From an uncultured Actinomycetes bacterium (GTDB taxonomy: Bacteria; Actinomycetota; UBA4738; HRBIN12), in assembly GCA_963734275.1 (NCBI GenBank), contig CAVTGO010000013.1, positions 487,708 through 551,707 on the forward strand: a stretch of 64,000 bases of DNA. The letters are read 5' to 3'. The translations under genes were made by a program, and so were the position numbers. The notes under the pieces were generated by a model, which was not told the DNA's origin, did no database searches, and saw only the letters and a list, made by a program, of their open reading frames with translations. Each line of letters starts with the position of its first letter. Within the stretch, counting starts at the first letter, position 1. This document shows positions 1 through 8,461 of this stretch, piece by piece.

Positions 1-101
1 ACACGATCTGGGGCGCGACGGCGTGGATCCTGCACGATCTGATCGAGGTGCTGCGGCCGGGGAGCGCGCGGCAGGGAACCAGGCGGGAAGGGCTCGCGTG
101 A
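1..101 (+). CDS. 3' end of an unidentified upstream gene (partial)
   Basis: The frame is open from the window edge (...TIWGATAWILHDLIEVLRPGSARQGTRREGLA*). Its TGA (99-101) overlaps the GTG at 98 of the next gene. No family recognised. Confidence 0.3.
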   Translation, partial: TIWGATAWILHDLIEVLRPGSARQGTRREGLA

Positions 102-544
102 GCGGCGGGGAGGAGCTCGCGCCGGTCCTGCCGAGCGATGCCGAGCTCCGCTCGATCCTCGGCGAGGCGCGGACGGTCGCGGTCGTGGGTCTTTCGTCGA
201 AGCCGCACCGCCACTCGTACGAGGTGGCCGACTACCTGCAGTCGAAGGGGTACCGGATCGTGCCGGTGAACCCGAAGGAGACCGAGGTCCTGGGTGAGCG
301 AGCGTACGCGTCGCTCGACGAGGTGCCGGCCGAGATCGACGTCGACGTCGTGGACGTGTTCCGGCGGGCCGAGGAGACGCCGCCGATCGCCGAGCAGGCC
401 GTGCGGCGCGGCGCGAAGGTCCTGTGGCTCCAGGACGGGATCGTGAACGAGGAGGCACGGAGGATCGCGGAGGGGGGCGGCCTCACCGTGATCATGGGGG
501 TGTGCATGCAGCGCACCGATCGGCGACTGAGAGGGGAGTCCTGA
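98..544 (+). CDS. CoA-binding domain protein (YccU/YneT-like)
   Basis: ORF 23..544. 'RTVAVVGLSSKPHRHSYEVADYLQSKGYRIVPVNP...VDVVDVFR' fits the CoA-binding (CoA_binding_2) pattern. Start placed at GTG 98 because of the GTGA overlap with the upstream stop; 23 is also possible. Confidence 0.8.
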   Translation: MSGGEELAPVLPSDAELRSILGEARTVAVVGLSSKPHRHSYEVADYLQSKGYRIVPVNPKETEVLGERAYASLDEVPAEIDVDVVDVFRRAEETPPIAEQAVRRGAKVLWLQDGIVNEEARRIAEGGGLTVIMGVCMQRTDRRLRGES

Positions 545-708
545 TGCAGGCGTGGGAGTACTTCGTGGCGCCGCTGCTCGAACACAACCCGGGCGAGATC
601 TTGAACACCTTCGGCGAGGACGGGTGGGAGCTCGTGAGCGTCAACCAGATCGTGAACCCGATGGGCGGGCAGTCGCTCGTGGCCTACCTCAAGCGCCCGA
701 AGGCCTAG
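544..708 (+). CDS. small DUF4177-like protein
   Basis: ATG 544 overlaps the upstream TGA (542-544). 'MQAWEYFVAPLLEH...GEDGWELVSVNQIV' resembles the DUF4177 pattern. 54 aa. Confidence 0.6.
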   Translation: MQAWEYFVAPLLEHNPGEILNTFGEDGWELVSVNQIVNPMGGQSLVAYLKRPKA

Positions 709-872
709 CGTCGGAGCAGCCGGCTCCGCATCAGGATCAGGCCGCCGATCAGGAGCGCCAGGATCACGATGCCCGCGCCGCCCGGGAAGCCTCCCGCGTC
801 CGCGACGGGCGAGGGCGAACCGGAGGGCGAGACCGTCTGCTGGAGGATCGCCTCGATGATCTGAGTCGGCAC
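705..872 (-). CDS. possible 55-aa protein with a C-terminal membrane anchor
   Basis: GTG at 872. 'VPTQIIEAILQQTVSPSGSPSPVADAGGFPGGAGIVILALLIGGLILMRSRLLRR' has strong third-position GC and a TM helix followed by basic residues. No family recognised; it could be a remnant of a larger protein's C-terminal anchor. Confidence 0.3.
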   Translation of the reverse strand: MPTQIIEAILQQTVSPSGSPSPVADAGGFPGGAGIVILALLIGGLILMRSRLLRR

Positions 873-895
873 GGCCCGAGTGTAGGGTTCGGGGC

Positions 896-1519
896 GTGCT
901 CCGGCTCGACCACCTCGGATACGCGGTCCGCGACCTCGACGCGGCCGCTGTGCGCTTCCGCGAGGAGTTCGGTCTGGACTCAGTCGTCGGCGGGCGTCAC
1001 GCCGGGTTCGGAACGGCCAACCGGATCGTGCCGCTCGGCGAGCAGTACATCGAGCTCGTCGGCGTGGTCGACAAGATCGAGGCGGAGGGGTCCGCGTTCG
1101 GGCGGTCCGTGCTCGAACGCACGGCGGAAGCAGACGGCTGGCTCGTGATCGTCGCCGTGACCGACGACGTCGAGGCCGAAGCGGCCCGGCTCGGCCTCGA
1201 GGTGCAGATGGGAGCTCGGACCCGCCCAGACGGGAGCGAGGTGCGCTGGCGCATGACCGGCCTGGACGCTCCCGCACGCGAGCCGTGGATGCCGTTCTTC
1301 ATGACCTGGGACATCCCCGACGAGCAACACCCCGGGAGCCAGCGCGCCGGTCACGGCGTGAGGGTCGAAGGCCTGGCCTGGGTCGAGGTCGGCGGCGACG
1401 AGGAGAAGCTGCGCACCTGGCTCGGGGGGCAGGAGCTGCCGATCCGGGTGGTCGATGGGTCCCCGGGCATCGTTCGCGCGGCGGTCGCGACCGCCGGCGG
1501 CGAGCTCGTTATCGATTGA
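896..1519 (+). CDS. VOC (glyoxalase/bleomycin-resistance-like) family protein
   Basis: ORF 896..1519. 'MLRLDHLGYAVRDLDAAAVRFREEFG' is a typical VOC N-terminus. Clean coding frame. Confidence 0.8.
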   Translation: MLRLDHLGYAVRDLDAAAVRFREEFGLDSVVGGRHAGFGTANRIVPLGEQYIELVGVVDKIEAEGSAFGRSVLERTAEADGWLVIVAVTDDVEAEAARLGLEVQMGARTRPDGSEVRWRMTGLDAPAREPWMPFFMTWDIPDEQHPGSQRAGHGVRVEGLAWVEVGGDEEKLRTWLGGQELPIRVVDGSPGIVRAAVATAGGELVID

Positions 1520-1602
1520 CGAATCGTCGTCGGGGCATCGCGGCGATCAGGAAACGCATGCAACAGACGCCCGAGCGCGAATGGAACGAACCACGGGTCC
1601 GC

Positions 1603-2544
1603 TTATCCGATCGTGACGATCTCGTACTGGTCGTAGGCGGTTTCGTGACCCTCGCCGCCCTCCCGATCTGACAGGAAGCAGCTGAAGAGGTAGGTGCGGC
1701 CCGATCTCAAGACCCCTGCGCCGAACTCGAGCCTGGTACCCAGCCCTGCGCTGAAGATGCCGCTGGTGAAGCCGAGGTCTTCGGTCCTGGGGACGCCGTC
1801 GGGGAGCGGACCGGGCTCGAGTCGCGCCAAGTACGCCCGTTCCGCCTCCGCTCCGTCGACACCCGCCGGGAACCGTTCGACGAAGGCGACATGGATCTGG
1901 TTTGGTCCGGCGTTGATGAAGTTCACGCTTCGGTCACCCGCCTGGATGTCGACCTCGAAGTCGTAGTCGGTCGCGATGATGGTTCCATCGGCCTCGGGGA
2001 GTTGTGGGACGGCGTCTCCGCCGGAGACCGTCACGGCCCTGATCATCCCCAGTTGGTAATGGCGCGCTTGCTCGTCGCCCTTCGCCGCATCGGTGGCCGC
2101 GCAGAACAACGCGTACCTCCCCGGTGTGAGGGTGAACGTGGCTTCCGCCGTCTTGCCTGCCCCGATGCTCACGAACGAGGGCACCGCGACCTGGTCGAGA
2201 TAGACGGGGAGCGGCTTTCCCTCGAGTCCATTGCCGCCCCCGAGGTCCTCAACCAACCGGTCGAGCGGCGTGTCGCCGATCCCAGCCAGGGCGACCTCGT
2301 GTTTGACCGTGCCCTGGTTCTCGAAGGTCAGGTCGATCACGCCGCCCTCGAGCTCCACGGGGGCCTCGGGGTAGGCGTAGTCGACGGCGACGATCCGGAC
2401 CTCTTGAGGCTCATCCCGCGGCTCGCCATCGTTCCCGGTGGCCGCGGGGGAGCCAGGCTCCAGACTGCTGCAGGCGCCGGTCAGGAGCACGCACGTCGCG
2501 CCCACCGCAACGACCATCCGGAACCGAACCTGCCACGACCTCAT
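1603..2544 (-). CDS. lipoprotein with two cupredoxin-like domains
   Basis: ATG 2544 lies inside ORF 1603..2733. Signal peptide plus lipobox 'VLLTGAC'. Domain 1 has a blue-copper-like ligand pattern ('VKHEVAL ... RYALFCAATD...HYQLGM'). Domain 2 is similar but lacks the Met. Confidence 0.75.
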   Translation of the reverse strand: MRSWQVRFRMVVAVGATCVLLTGACSSLEPGSPAATGNDGEPRDEPQEVRIVAVDYAYPEAPVELEGGVIDLTFENQGTVKHEVALAGIGDTPLDRLVEDLGGGNGLEGKPLPVYLDQVAVPSFVSIGAGKTAEATFTLTPGRYALFCAATDAAKGDEQARHYQLGMIRAVTVSGGDAVPQLPEADGTIIATDYDFEVDIQAGDRSVNFINAGPNQIHVAFVERFPAGVDGAEAERAYLARLEPGPLPDGVPRTEDLGFTSGIFSAGLGTRLEFGAGVLRSGRTYLFSCFLSDREGGEGHETAYDQYEIVTIG

Positions 2545-2660
2545 CCCTGACCTCCGGGCTCGCGACGAACAGATGAGCGCGACACCTTCGGGTAAATGAG
2601 TTCCGCCCGACCGATCGGCTGCCACGCGATGAGCCGCATGTCCCATGCCGGCCCTCTCCA

Positions 2661-4634
2661 TCAGATGCGTCCTTCTGCGATCACGGCGCCGTCGGTGTCG
2701 AGCGCGACGATCCGAGCCCCGCTGCACGCACACCGGACGACGAAGAGCCGGAAGGGGTCTCCGAACTCCGCAGGCAATCGGTAGACGTTCGGCTTGACGG
2801 TCCGCCAGCCCGGATCCACGGCGTTAGCGTCTTTGAGCTGGACCCGGATCGCGGCCACCGGGTCGCGGAAGACACCCCAGGCGGAGATGAACTCCCCGAA
2901 CCCCGTGACGTGGGTCTGGTCGACGATCTCGAACGACGACCACCTCGATATCCACCGCGGCACTGGGTCGCGTGCGGGTCCGCAGGCGTGTACCTCTCCC
3001 GGCCGGCCGACGCAGAGACGACCGGTACGCTCGTCGAGGAAGACGTCGATCCGCCACCGATGGAGGCTCGCCACCGTCGCCACGGTCGTGAACGGTTCGA
3101 TGGCCCACCGGGGGCGTTCGACCGGGAGTGTGATCCGGTTCCCTTCGATGTCCCGTCCACGCACCGCGATCTCGGGGAGGTACGGCCGCTTCCAGCCGCT
3201 GAGCCCGGAAACGTAGTAGCAGCAACCCGGCTCGCCTCCAGGCGCCGTGAACGTGGACGCGGGCCGGTACCCCCCAGGGGAGACGTGGATGCGCGGATCC
3301 ACCCTCGGAACGAAGCCGAAGAGGAACGCGAGCGGTGGCGCGGGAGGCCGAGGGACGCGTACGAACACCTGCTTGGGACGTCCCTCGAGCATGTCGTCGG
3401 GGCCGCCGGAGATGCATCGGACCTCGCTCCCTTGGTCGTCGGTGAACGCGATGCAACCGCCGAGGAGCGATGTGCTGAGCTGCCAGCGCCACCCGCCTCT
3501 TTGGCCCGTCCCGACGACGAACGGGGCCCTCGGAGGCGACGGGAAGCCTCGCTCGAACCCGTGCACGATCAAGCTGTCCCGGTCGAGCCAAATGGGCAGC
3601 TCGCCAAGGCCGATCGTGGTGGCGGCACCGGACCCGACATCGACGACGCGGATCGACGATCCCTTCCCTTCGTACGCGATCCGGCTCCCGTCCGGTGACC
3701 AGACCGGCCTCGTTGGCTCCCAGTCCCCGACGAAGGTGGGTGGCCAACTCTCCTTCGACGTTCCTCGCGGCCCGTCGACCCGCTGCTCGCGATCTTCGGT
3801 GGTCCCATCGGCTCTGACGTCCGCGATCGCGATTCCCGGCACGAAGGCCCACGCGGCCCCGCCGAGCCAGCCGAAGGCTTCCCCGGGGTCGCGGTATGCC
3901 AGCGCTCGGCCATCCGGCGAATACGCACCGAGGGCGGCGTCCCGGCGGACGATCCTGGCCCGACCTCCCGAGGAAGGCACCGCCCACAGGTCGATGTGGT
4001 AGCCGAGTCGGCGCGTGAACAGGATCGTCTCGCCGTCCGGAGCGAAACTCGGGAACCCGACCTCCCCACGACCGCGGAAGACCGTCGTCGTTCCCCCAGA
4101 TGCGAGGTCGAGCACGGTGATCGTCTCGTCTCCGTCCACTTCAACGAGGCTGTCGGAACCCTCGTACACGATCCGTGTCCCGTCGGGGGACCAGCTCGGA
4201 GTGATGGCGCGCACCGGGTCGCGGGTCGCGAGTCGCACGTCGGTGCCGTCGATGTTCGCGACGTACAGCCGGTCGATCAGACGGCCCGTTGTGCTCACGG
4301 TGTCTTCGGCGTCCCCTTCGAACGCGATCCGGGTTCCATCCGGGGAGATCGCGAAGTGGGCTGTCGCGGACCCGACCGCCGAACGGATACCCTCCGGGAG
4401 CACCGTTGTCCGATCGCTCCCCAGATCGACGATCGAGTCGGCCGCGGCGATCGGCTCCAAGGTCGGCGATCCCGAGGGCTCGGAGGTTCGGTCGTCCCCG
4501 GTTGAGGGATCGGACTGTGCCTGTGGGGGTGGTTCGCTGCGATCGGGCGCGACGGCGCTCCCTGGATCGCAGGCGGTGACAAGCAGCACGCACATGACGG
4601 TCGCGCCGATCGACAGGTTCAGCCTGCTTCCCAT
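2661..4634 (-). CDS. lipoprotein: TolB-like PD40 beta-propeller plus a Cys-rich C-terminal domain of unknown function
   Basis: ATG 4634 lies within the long ORF 2661..5507. Lipobox 'VLLVTAC'. Five PD40-type repeats ('ISPDGTRIAF','WSPDGTRIVY','FAPDGETILF','YSPDGRALAY','WSPDGSRIAY'). The last ~270 aa contain 8 Cys and match no family I recognise. Confidence 0.8.
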   Translation of the reverse strand: MGSRLNLSIGATVMCVLLVTACDPGSAVAPDRSEPPPQAQSDPSTGDDRTSEPSGSPTLEPIAAADSIVDLGSDRTTVLPEGIRSAVGSATAHFAISPDGTRIAFEGDAEDTVSTTGRLIDRLYVANIDGTDVRLATRDPVRAITPSWSPDGTRIVYEGSDSLVEVDGDETITVLDLASGGTTTVFRGRGEVGFPSFAPDGETILFTRRLGYHIDLWAVPSSGGRARIVRRDAALGAYSPDGRALAYRDPGEAFGWLGGAAWAFVPGIAIADVRADGTTEDREQRVDGPRGTSKESWPPTFVGDWEPTRPVWSPDGSRIAYEGKGSSIRVVDVGSGAATTIGLGELPIWLDRDSLIVHGFERGFPSPPRAPFVVGTGQRGGWRWQLSTSLLGGCIAFTDDQGSEVRCISGGPDDMLEGRPKQVFVRVPRPPAPPLAFLFGFVPRVDPRIHVSPGGYRPASTFTAPGGEPGCCYYVSGLSGWKRPYLPEIAVRGRDIEGNRITLPVERPRWAIEPFTTVATVASLHRWRIDVFLDERTGRLCVGRPGEVHACGPARDPVPRWISRWSSFEIVDQTHVTGFGEFISAWGVFRDPVAAIRVQLKDANAVDPGWRTVKPNVYRLPAEFGDPFRLFVVRCACSGARIVALDTDGAVIAEGRI

Positions 4635-4720
4635 GTTCGTACCCCGTACCCTTCGGCATCCATGGGAGGAAGACGCACGACCGCAGGCCACCACTACGGA
4701 AGGGTGCCGGCGTCGCTGTG

Positions 4721-5875
4721 TCAGCAGCTGGACGAGGAGCCGGGCAGATTCGGCTCGAAGTAGACGGCTGCTCCCGGTTCGGTGTCGATCGCGAGGACCG
4801 CGATGATGTCCGCGCTGCTCATCTCGGGGGAGCGCGAGATGCCGACGGCCTCGAAGCCGTCGACGATCGCCCGTGCCTCGGCGAGCGTCACCACGCCGCA
4901 CCTGCCGCGCGTGAGGAGTTCGTCCGCGGGCGTGGGTAGATCTTGCGGTTCCAGTGCCCTGACCACCTCGACAGATGGAGCGTCGCGAAGCAAGGCGTTC
5001 ACGCTCCCGCGCTTGAACCAGAACGAGTAGGAGGACGGCACGAACGCCGTGATCTGTTCGTCGGCCCACGCCGAGTCGGGAAGCCACGCTTCCAGGTCCA
5101 GGAAGATCTCTTGCATGTGCTCGAGGCTCGCCAGTTCGTTGGGTGTCGGGGGGTTGAGATCGACGACCTGATAGTCCGCCCGCACATTCACCATGCGGTC
5201 GCCGTCCAGAACATCGATGGACAGCCAGTCGAGCAGGTCGGTGCTGTTCGGGGTGACGGACTCGAAGCCGCGCTCGAACAGGCCCGTCGCGAGGAGCTCG
5301 GAACGCAAGAACTCGACCCCTTCCGGGGTTAGTCGCTGCTGGACCCACCCTGTGCTTAGGGCGGCCGAGGCTTCCGGGATGCTGGAAGGCACGCAGCCGA
5401 CATAGGCCTGGACGTCCGCGTCGGCACCGAGCGTATCGAGCACATCGCCGCACCTGGACCAGATCACCCGCCCGTCCGCATACACGTTGATCGCGATGCG
5501 CTCCCATCGGTCGGCTTCGGGGAGCGAGACCTCCGTCACATCTTCGGCGGAGAAGCGGATGACGACCTCGCCGGTCACGGGCGTGCTCGGATCGACGCCT
5601 GCGGGTGGGAAGGTAACCGGCACGAGTGGAGAGGCGGTCGGGGTCGGCGTCGGCTCGATCGCCGGACGTCGGGGATCTGCCCGCAGCAGGGCACCGACGC
5701 CAGTCATCGCCCCGAGCGCGAGGGCGAGAGCGACGAGGCCGGCACCGACGGTGTTCAGCACCTGGCGACGTCGGGCCCGGACGGAGACCGGGCGCGCCTC
5801 GGACGGGTCCGGCACGGGCACCTCGGCCTCGTGGTGACGGAGCGCCTTGCGGACGAGCTGTTCAACGTCGCTCAT
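4721..5875 (-). CDS. single-pass membrane protein, putative anti-sigma factor
   Basis: ATG 5875 overlaps the sigma-factor stop (ATGA). Short cytoplasmic N-terminus, one TM ('VGAGLVALALALGAMTGVGALL'), Pro/Thr linker, ~290-aa extracytoplasmic domain. No zinc anti-sigma motif seen. Confidence 0.7.
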   Translation of the reverse strand: MSDVEQLVRKALRHHEAEVPVPDPSEARPVSVRARRRQVLNTVGAGLVALALALGAMTGVGALLRADPRRPAIEPTPTPTASPLVPVTFPPAGVDPSTPVTGEVVIRFSAEDVTEVSLPEADRWERIAINVYADGRVIWSRCGDVLDTLGADADVQAYVGCVPSSIPEASAALSTGWVQQRLTPEGVEFLRSELLATGLFERGFESVTPNSTDLLDWLSIDVLDGDRMVNVRADYQVVDLNPPTPNELASLEHMQEIFLDLEAWLPDSAWADEQITAFVPSSYSFWFKRGSVNALLRDAPSVEVVRALEPQDLPTPADELLTRGRCGVVTLAEARAIVDGFEAVGISRSPEMSSADIIAVLAIDTEPGAAVYFEPNLPGSSSSC

Positions 5876-6426
5876 CGATCGTCCTTCCCGAAGCGTTCGC
5901 GCAGCGTCGCCGTCGCCCGAGCGACGAGCTGATTCAGCGCTCCCACCGAGCAGCCCAGGATCTCGGCCGACTCCCGCTCGCTCAGGTCCTCATAGAAGCG
6001 AAGGACGATCGCCGCCCTCTGGCGGGCGGGGAGCTCCAGGATCGCGCGCCAGACCGCATCGCGTTCGGTAGGGTCGGGTTGCTCGGGGTCCTGGGCCGGT
6101 CTCGAGGCTTCGCGGGCCAGGTACGTGCGTTCGAGCCGCAGCCGGCGCAGGCGAGACGTATGCAGGTTGAAGATCGTCCGCCGCAGGTACGTGTCGAAGA
6201 CGTCGGGCTTGCGGAGGTGGGCGAACCGCCCGGCCACCCGCACGAACGCGTCCTGGACCAGGTCCCGAGCCTGTTCACGGTCGCCGCAGAGGTAGTAGGC
6301 GAAGCGGAGGGCGGCAGGCGCGTGGGCGACGTAGAGCGCCTCCAAGCTTCCGGAGGCAGCGGCATCGGCGGTCCTCGCGGTGCTCCGCATCATCCACGTC
6401 CAAGACGCGTGGTGCGGCTGCGACAC
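5872..6426 (-). CDS. ECF (sigma-70 family, group 4) RNA polymerase sigma factor
   Basis: Region 2 ('DREQARDLVQDAFVRV') and region 4 ('LPARQRAAIVLRFYEDLSERESAEILGCSVGALNQLVARA') are recognisable. GTG 6426 is preceded by GGGAGG. Confidence 0.9.
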   Translation of the reverse strand: MSQPHHASWTWMMRSTARTADAAASGSLEALYVAHAPAALRFAYYLCGDREQARDLVQDAFVRVAGRFAHLRKPDVFDTYLRRTIFNLHTSRLRRLRLERTYLAREASRPAQDPEQPDPTERDAVWRAILELPARQRAAIVLRFYEDLSERESAEILGCSVGALNQLVARATATLRERFGKDDR

Positions 6427-6462
6427 TACGCCTCCCAGGACGCGCGATGGAACGAGTGGGCG

Positions 6463-7611
6463 TTACCGGAGCGCCTGCGCCAGGTCCGCGAGCAGGTCGT
6501 CGGGGTGCTCGATGCCCACCGAGAGCCGGATCAGCGTCTCGGGGACCTCGAGCGGGGAGTCCGCGACGCTCGCATGGGTCATAGGCGCGGGGACCTCGAT
6601 CAGCGACTCGACGCCGCCGAGGGACTCCGCGAGGAAGAACAGCCGGGTCGACTCGGCCACGCGGATCGCCTCGTCGCGGCTGGCGACTTCGAACGACACC
6701 ATCCCGCCGAAGTCCTTCATCTGTCGTCCGGCGATCTCGTGGCCCGGGTGGTCCGGGAGGCCCGGGTAGTGGACCCGGGTCACCTTCGGGTGCCCGTCGA
6801 GGAACGCAGCGATGGCGCGAGCGCCGCGGCAGTGCGCGTCCATCCGTACCGCGAGCGTCTTGACCCCGCGCAGGGCGAGGTAGCAGTCCATCGGGCCGGG
6901 CACGGCACCGGCCGCGTTCTGCAGGAACGTCAGCCGCTCGATCAGCTCGTCGTCCGAGGTGACGATCGCGCCACCGATCAGGTCCGAGTGCCCGCCCAGG
7001 TACTTCGTGAGCGAGTGCACGACGACGTCGGCCCCGAGCTCGAGCGGCCGCTGCAGGTACGGCGTGGCGAACGTGTTGTCCACCACGCAGCGGGCGCCGG
7101 CCGCGTGCGCGATCTCTGCGGCGGCCGCGATGTCGACGATCTTGAGGAACGGGTTCGTCGGCGTCTCAACCCACACCATGCGGGTGTGCTCGCCGACCGC
7201 CGCGCGGAACGCGTCGAGGTCGCCCATGTCCACTGTGGAGAACGCCAGCCCCCAGCCCTCCATCACGCGGGCCAGGAGGCGGTACGTGCCGCCGTAGGCG
7301 TCGTCGGAGAGCACCACGTGGTCGCCCGGCCGCAGCGTCAGCAACAGCGTCGTCGTGGCGCCGAGCCCGCTCGCGAAGGAGAGGGCGCGCGTCCCGTTCT
7401 CGAGTGCGGCCAGGACCAGCTGCAACGCCTCGCGCGTCGGGTTGCCGCTGCGGGCGTAGTCGTACGCCTTCGGCTTACCGACCGCGGGCTGTGCGTAGGT
7501 CGAGGTCTGGTAGATCGGCACGTTGACCGAGCCGAACTCGGCCTCGGGATCCTGGCCGACGTGGATCGCGCGCGTCTCGAACCGCATCGCGCGGGCCTCG
7601 TCGTCGCTCAT
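6463..7611 (-). CDS. metB: cystathionine gamma-synthase/gamma-lyase (Cys/Met-metabolism PLP enzyme)
   Basis: ATG 7611 within ORF 6463..8289 overlaps the DUF429 stop (ATGA). 'RFETRAIHVGQDP...YARSGNPTREALQ...VVHSLTKYLGGHSD' is the family signature including the PLP lysine. Confidence 0.9.
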   Translation of the reverse strand: MSDDEARAMRFETRAIHVGQDPEAEFGSVNVPIYQTSTYAQPAVGKPKAYDYARSGNPTREALQLVLAALENGTRALSFASGLGATTTLLLTLRPGDHVVLSDDAYGGTYRLLARVMEGWGLAFSTVDMGDLDAFRAAVGEHTRMVWVETPTNPFLKIVDIAAAAEIAHAAGARCVVDNTFATPYLQRPLELGADVVVHSLTKYLGGHSDLIGGAIVTSDDELIERLTFLQNAAGAVPGPMDCYLALRGVKTLAVRMDAHCRGARAIAAFLDGHPKVTRVHYPGLPDHPGHEIAGRQMKDFGGMVSFEVASRDEAIRVAESTRLFFLAESLGGVESLIEVPAPMTHASVADSPLEVPETLIRLSVGIEHPDDLLADLAQALR

Positions 7612-8456
7612 CGCATCTCGGGCGGCAGCGTCCATCCTCGTCTCCTCAGCTCGTCGACCGACTCCTGGCCGGTCCGGGCCAGCTTCCACAGCGCGGACTT
7701 GCGTTTCGCGTCGTGTCCCGGCGCGAACTCGCTCGCCGTGAGTGCCGTGCACGACGGGTCCCCGCATCCGCAGGCCCCGAGGCCGGGGAGCGGCCGCTGG
7801 CCGTCGTCCCGCGGCGGGGCGACCCCCCGACGGTACGGGCGCGCGGGCAACGTCGCCGCGGGGACGACGATCTGTCCCTCCCTCGGATCGCCGGGCGCGC
7901 TGAACCGACGCTCGAGGGCGAACAGGCCCGTGAGCGCCGCGAGCGCTGCGTCCACCTGGTCCGCCGAACGAAGGCCCCCGGCGTCCACGCCCTTCGAGCT
8001 CAGGACGTCGCGGCGCCACGCGTGCGTCGGGATCCCCGCCGGCGGCAGGCAACCGGCGAGGACCACCGCCGAGGCGTGCGGGAACACCTCGAACGCGTGG
8101 CCCTTGGCGGAACCACTCCGGTATCGGGGGTGGGTGGCCTCGACGGCGGCGAAGACCGCGAAGCCTACGGTCATCCACTCGTAGAACGGGTGCTCGGCCA
8201 TCCGAGCGTCCGACGGCGTGTTGAAGCACTGGATGCCGAACCATCGGAGCTCGCGCTCGGTGAGGCGAGAGCGCCCCGACGCGGCCCATCCGGGGGGCGA
8301 GTCGATCGCGACGGTGTCGGGGCGGAGGTCGGCGACCAGTCCGGCGACCTCGGCCAGCGGGACGCGCCTGGCCGTGTCCACGACCGTCCGGCTCCCGTCC
8401 AGCACGACGAGATCCAGGCCCTTTCGGACGCCGACGTCGATGCCGAGGGACCGCAC
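7608..8456 (-). CDS. DUF429-like (RNase H-fold) protein with a Cys-rich C-terminal tail
   Basis: GTG 8456 lies in the frame of ORF 7608..10298, 5 nt after the cbs stop. 'SLGIDVGVRKGLDLVVLDG...VAIDSPPGWAASGRSRLTERELR' resembles DUF429. The tail is 'GLGACGCGDPSCTALTASEFAPGHDAKRKSALWKLARTG'. Confidence 0.6.
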   Translation of the reverse strand: MRSLGIDVGVRKGLDLVVLDGSRTVVDTARRVPLAEVAGLVADLRPDTVAIDSPPGWAASGRSRLTERELRWFGIQCFNTPSDARMAEHPFYEWMTVGFAVFAAVEATHPRYRSGSAKGHAFEVFPHASAVVLAGCLPPAGIPTHAWRRDVLSSKGVDAGGLRSADQVDAALAALTGLFALERRFSAPGDPREGQIVVPAATLPARPYRRGVAPPRDDGQRPLPGLGACGCGDPSCTALTASEFAPGHDAKRKSALWKLARTGQESVDELRRRGWTLPPEMR

Positions 8457-8461
8457 GCTCG

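Noticed and set aside
4635-5507. The N-terminal 291 codons of the 948-aa ORF 2661..5507.
   Set aside because: This part is low-complexity and overlaps the convincing anti-sigma-like gene (4721..5875) in another frame. The lipoprotein signal peptide begins at the internal ATG 4634.
5626-8184. Very long ORFs antisense to, or out of frame with, clear genes. Examples: 5626..8184(+), 16365..18524(-), 10477..12159(-), 40250..41707(-), 30378..31622(-), 45013..46344(+), 50188..51840(+), 53695..54912(-).
   Set aside because: Their translations are Arg/Pro/Gly/Ala low-complexity text with no motifs. Each overlaps a gene with a strong family signature. This is the typical shadow-ORF behaviour of ~70% GC DNA, where stop codons are rare in all frames.
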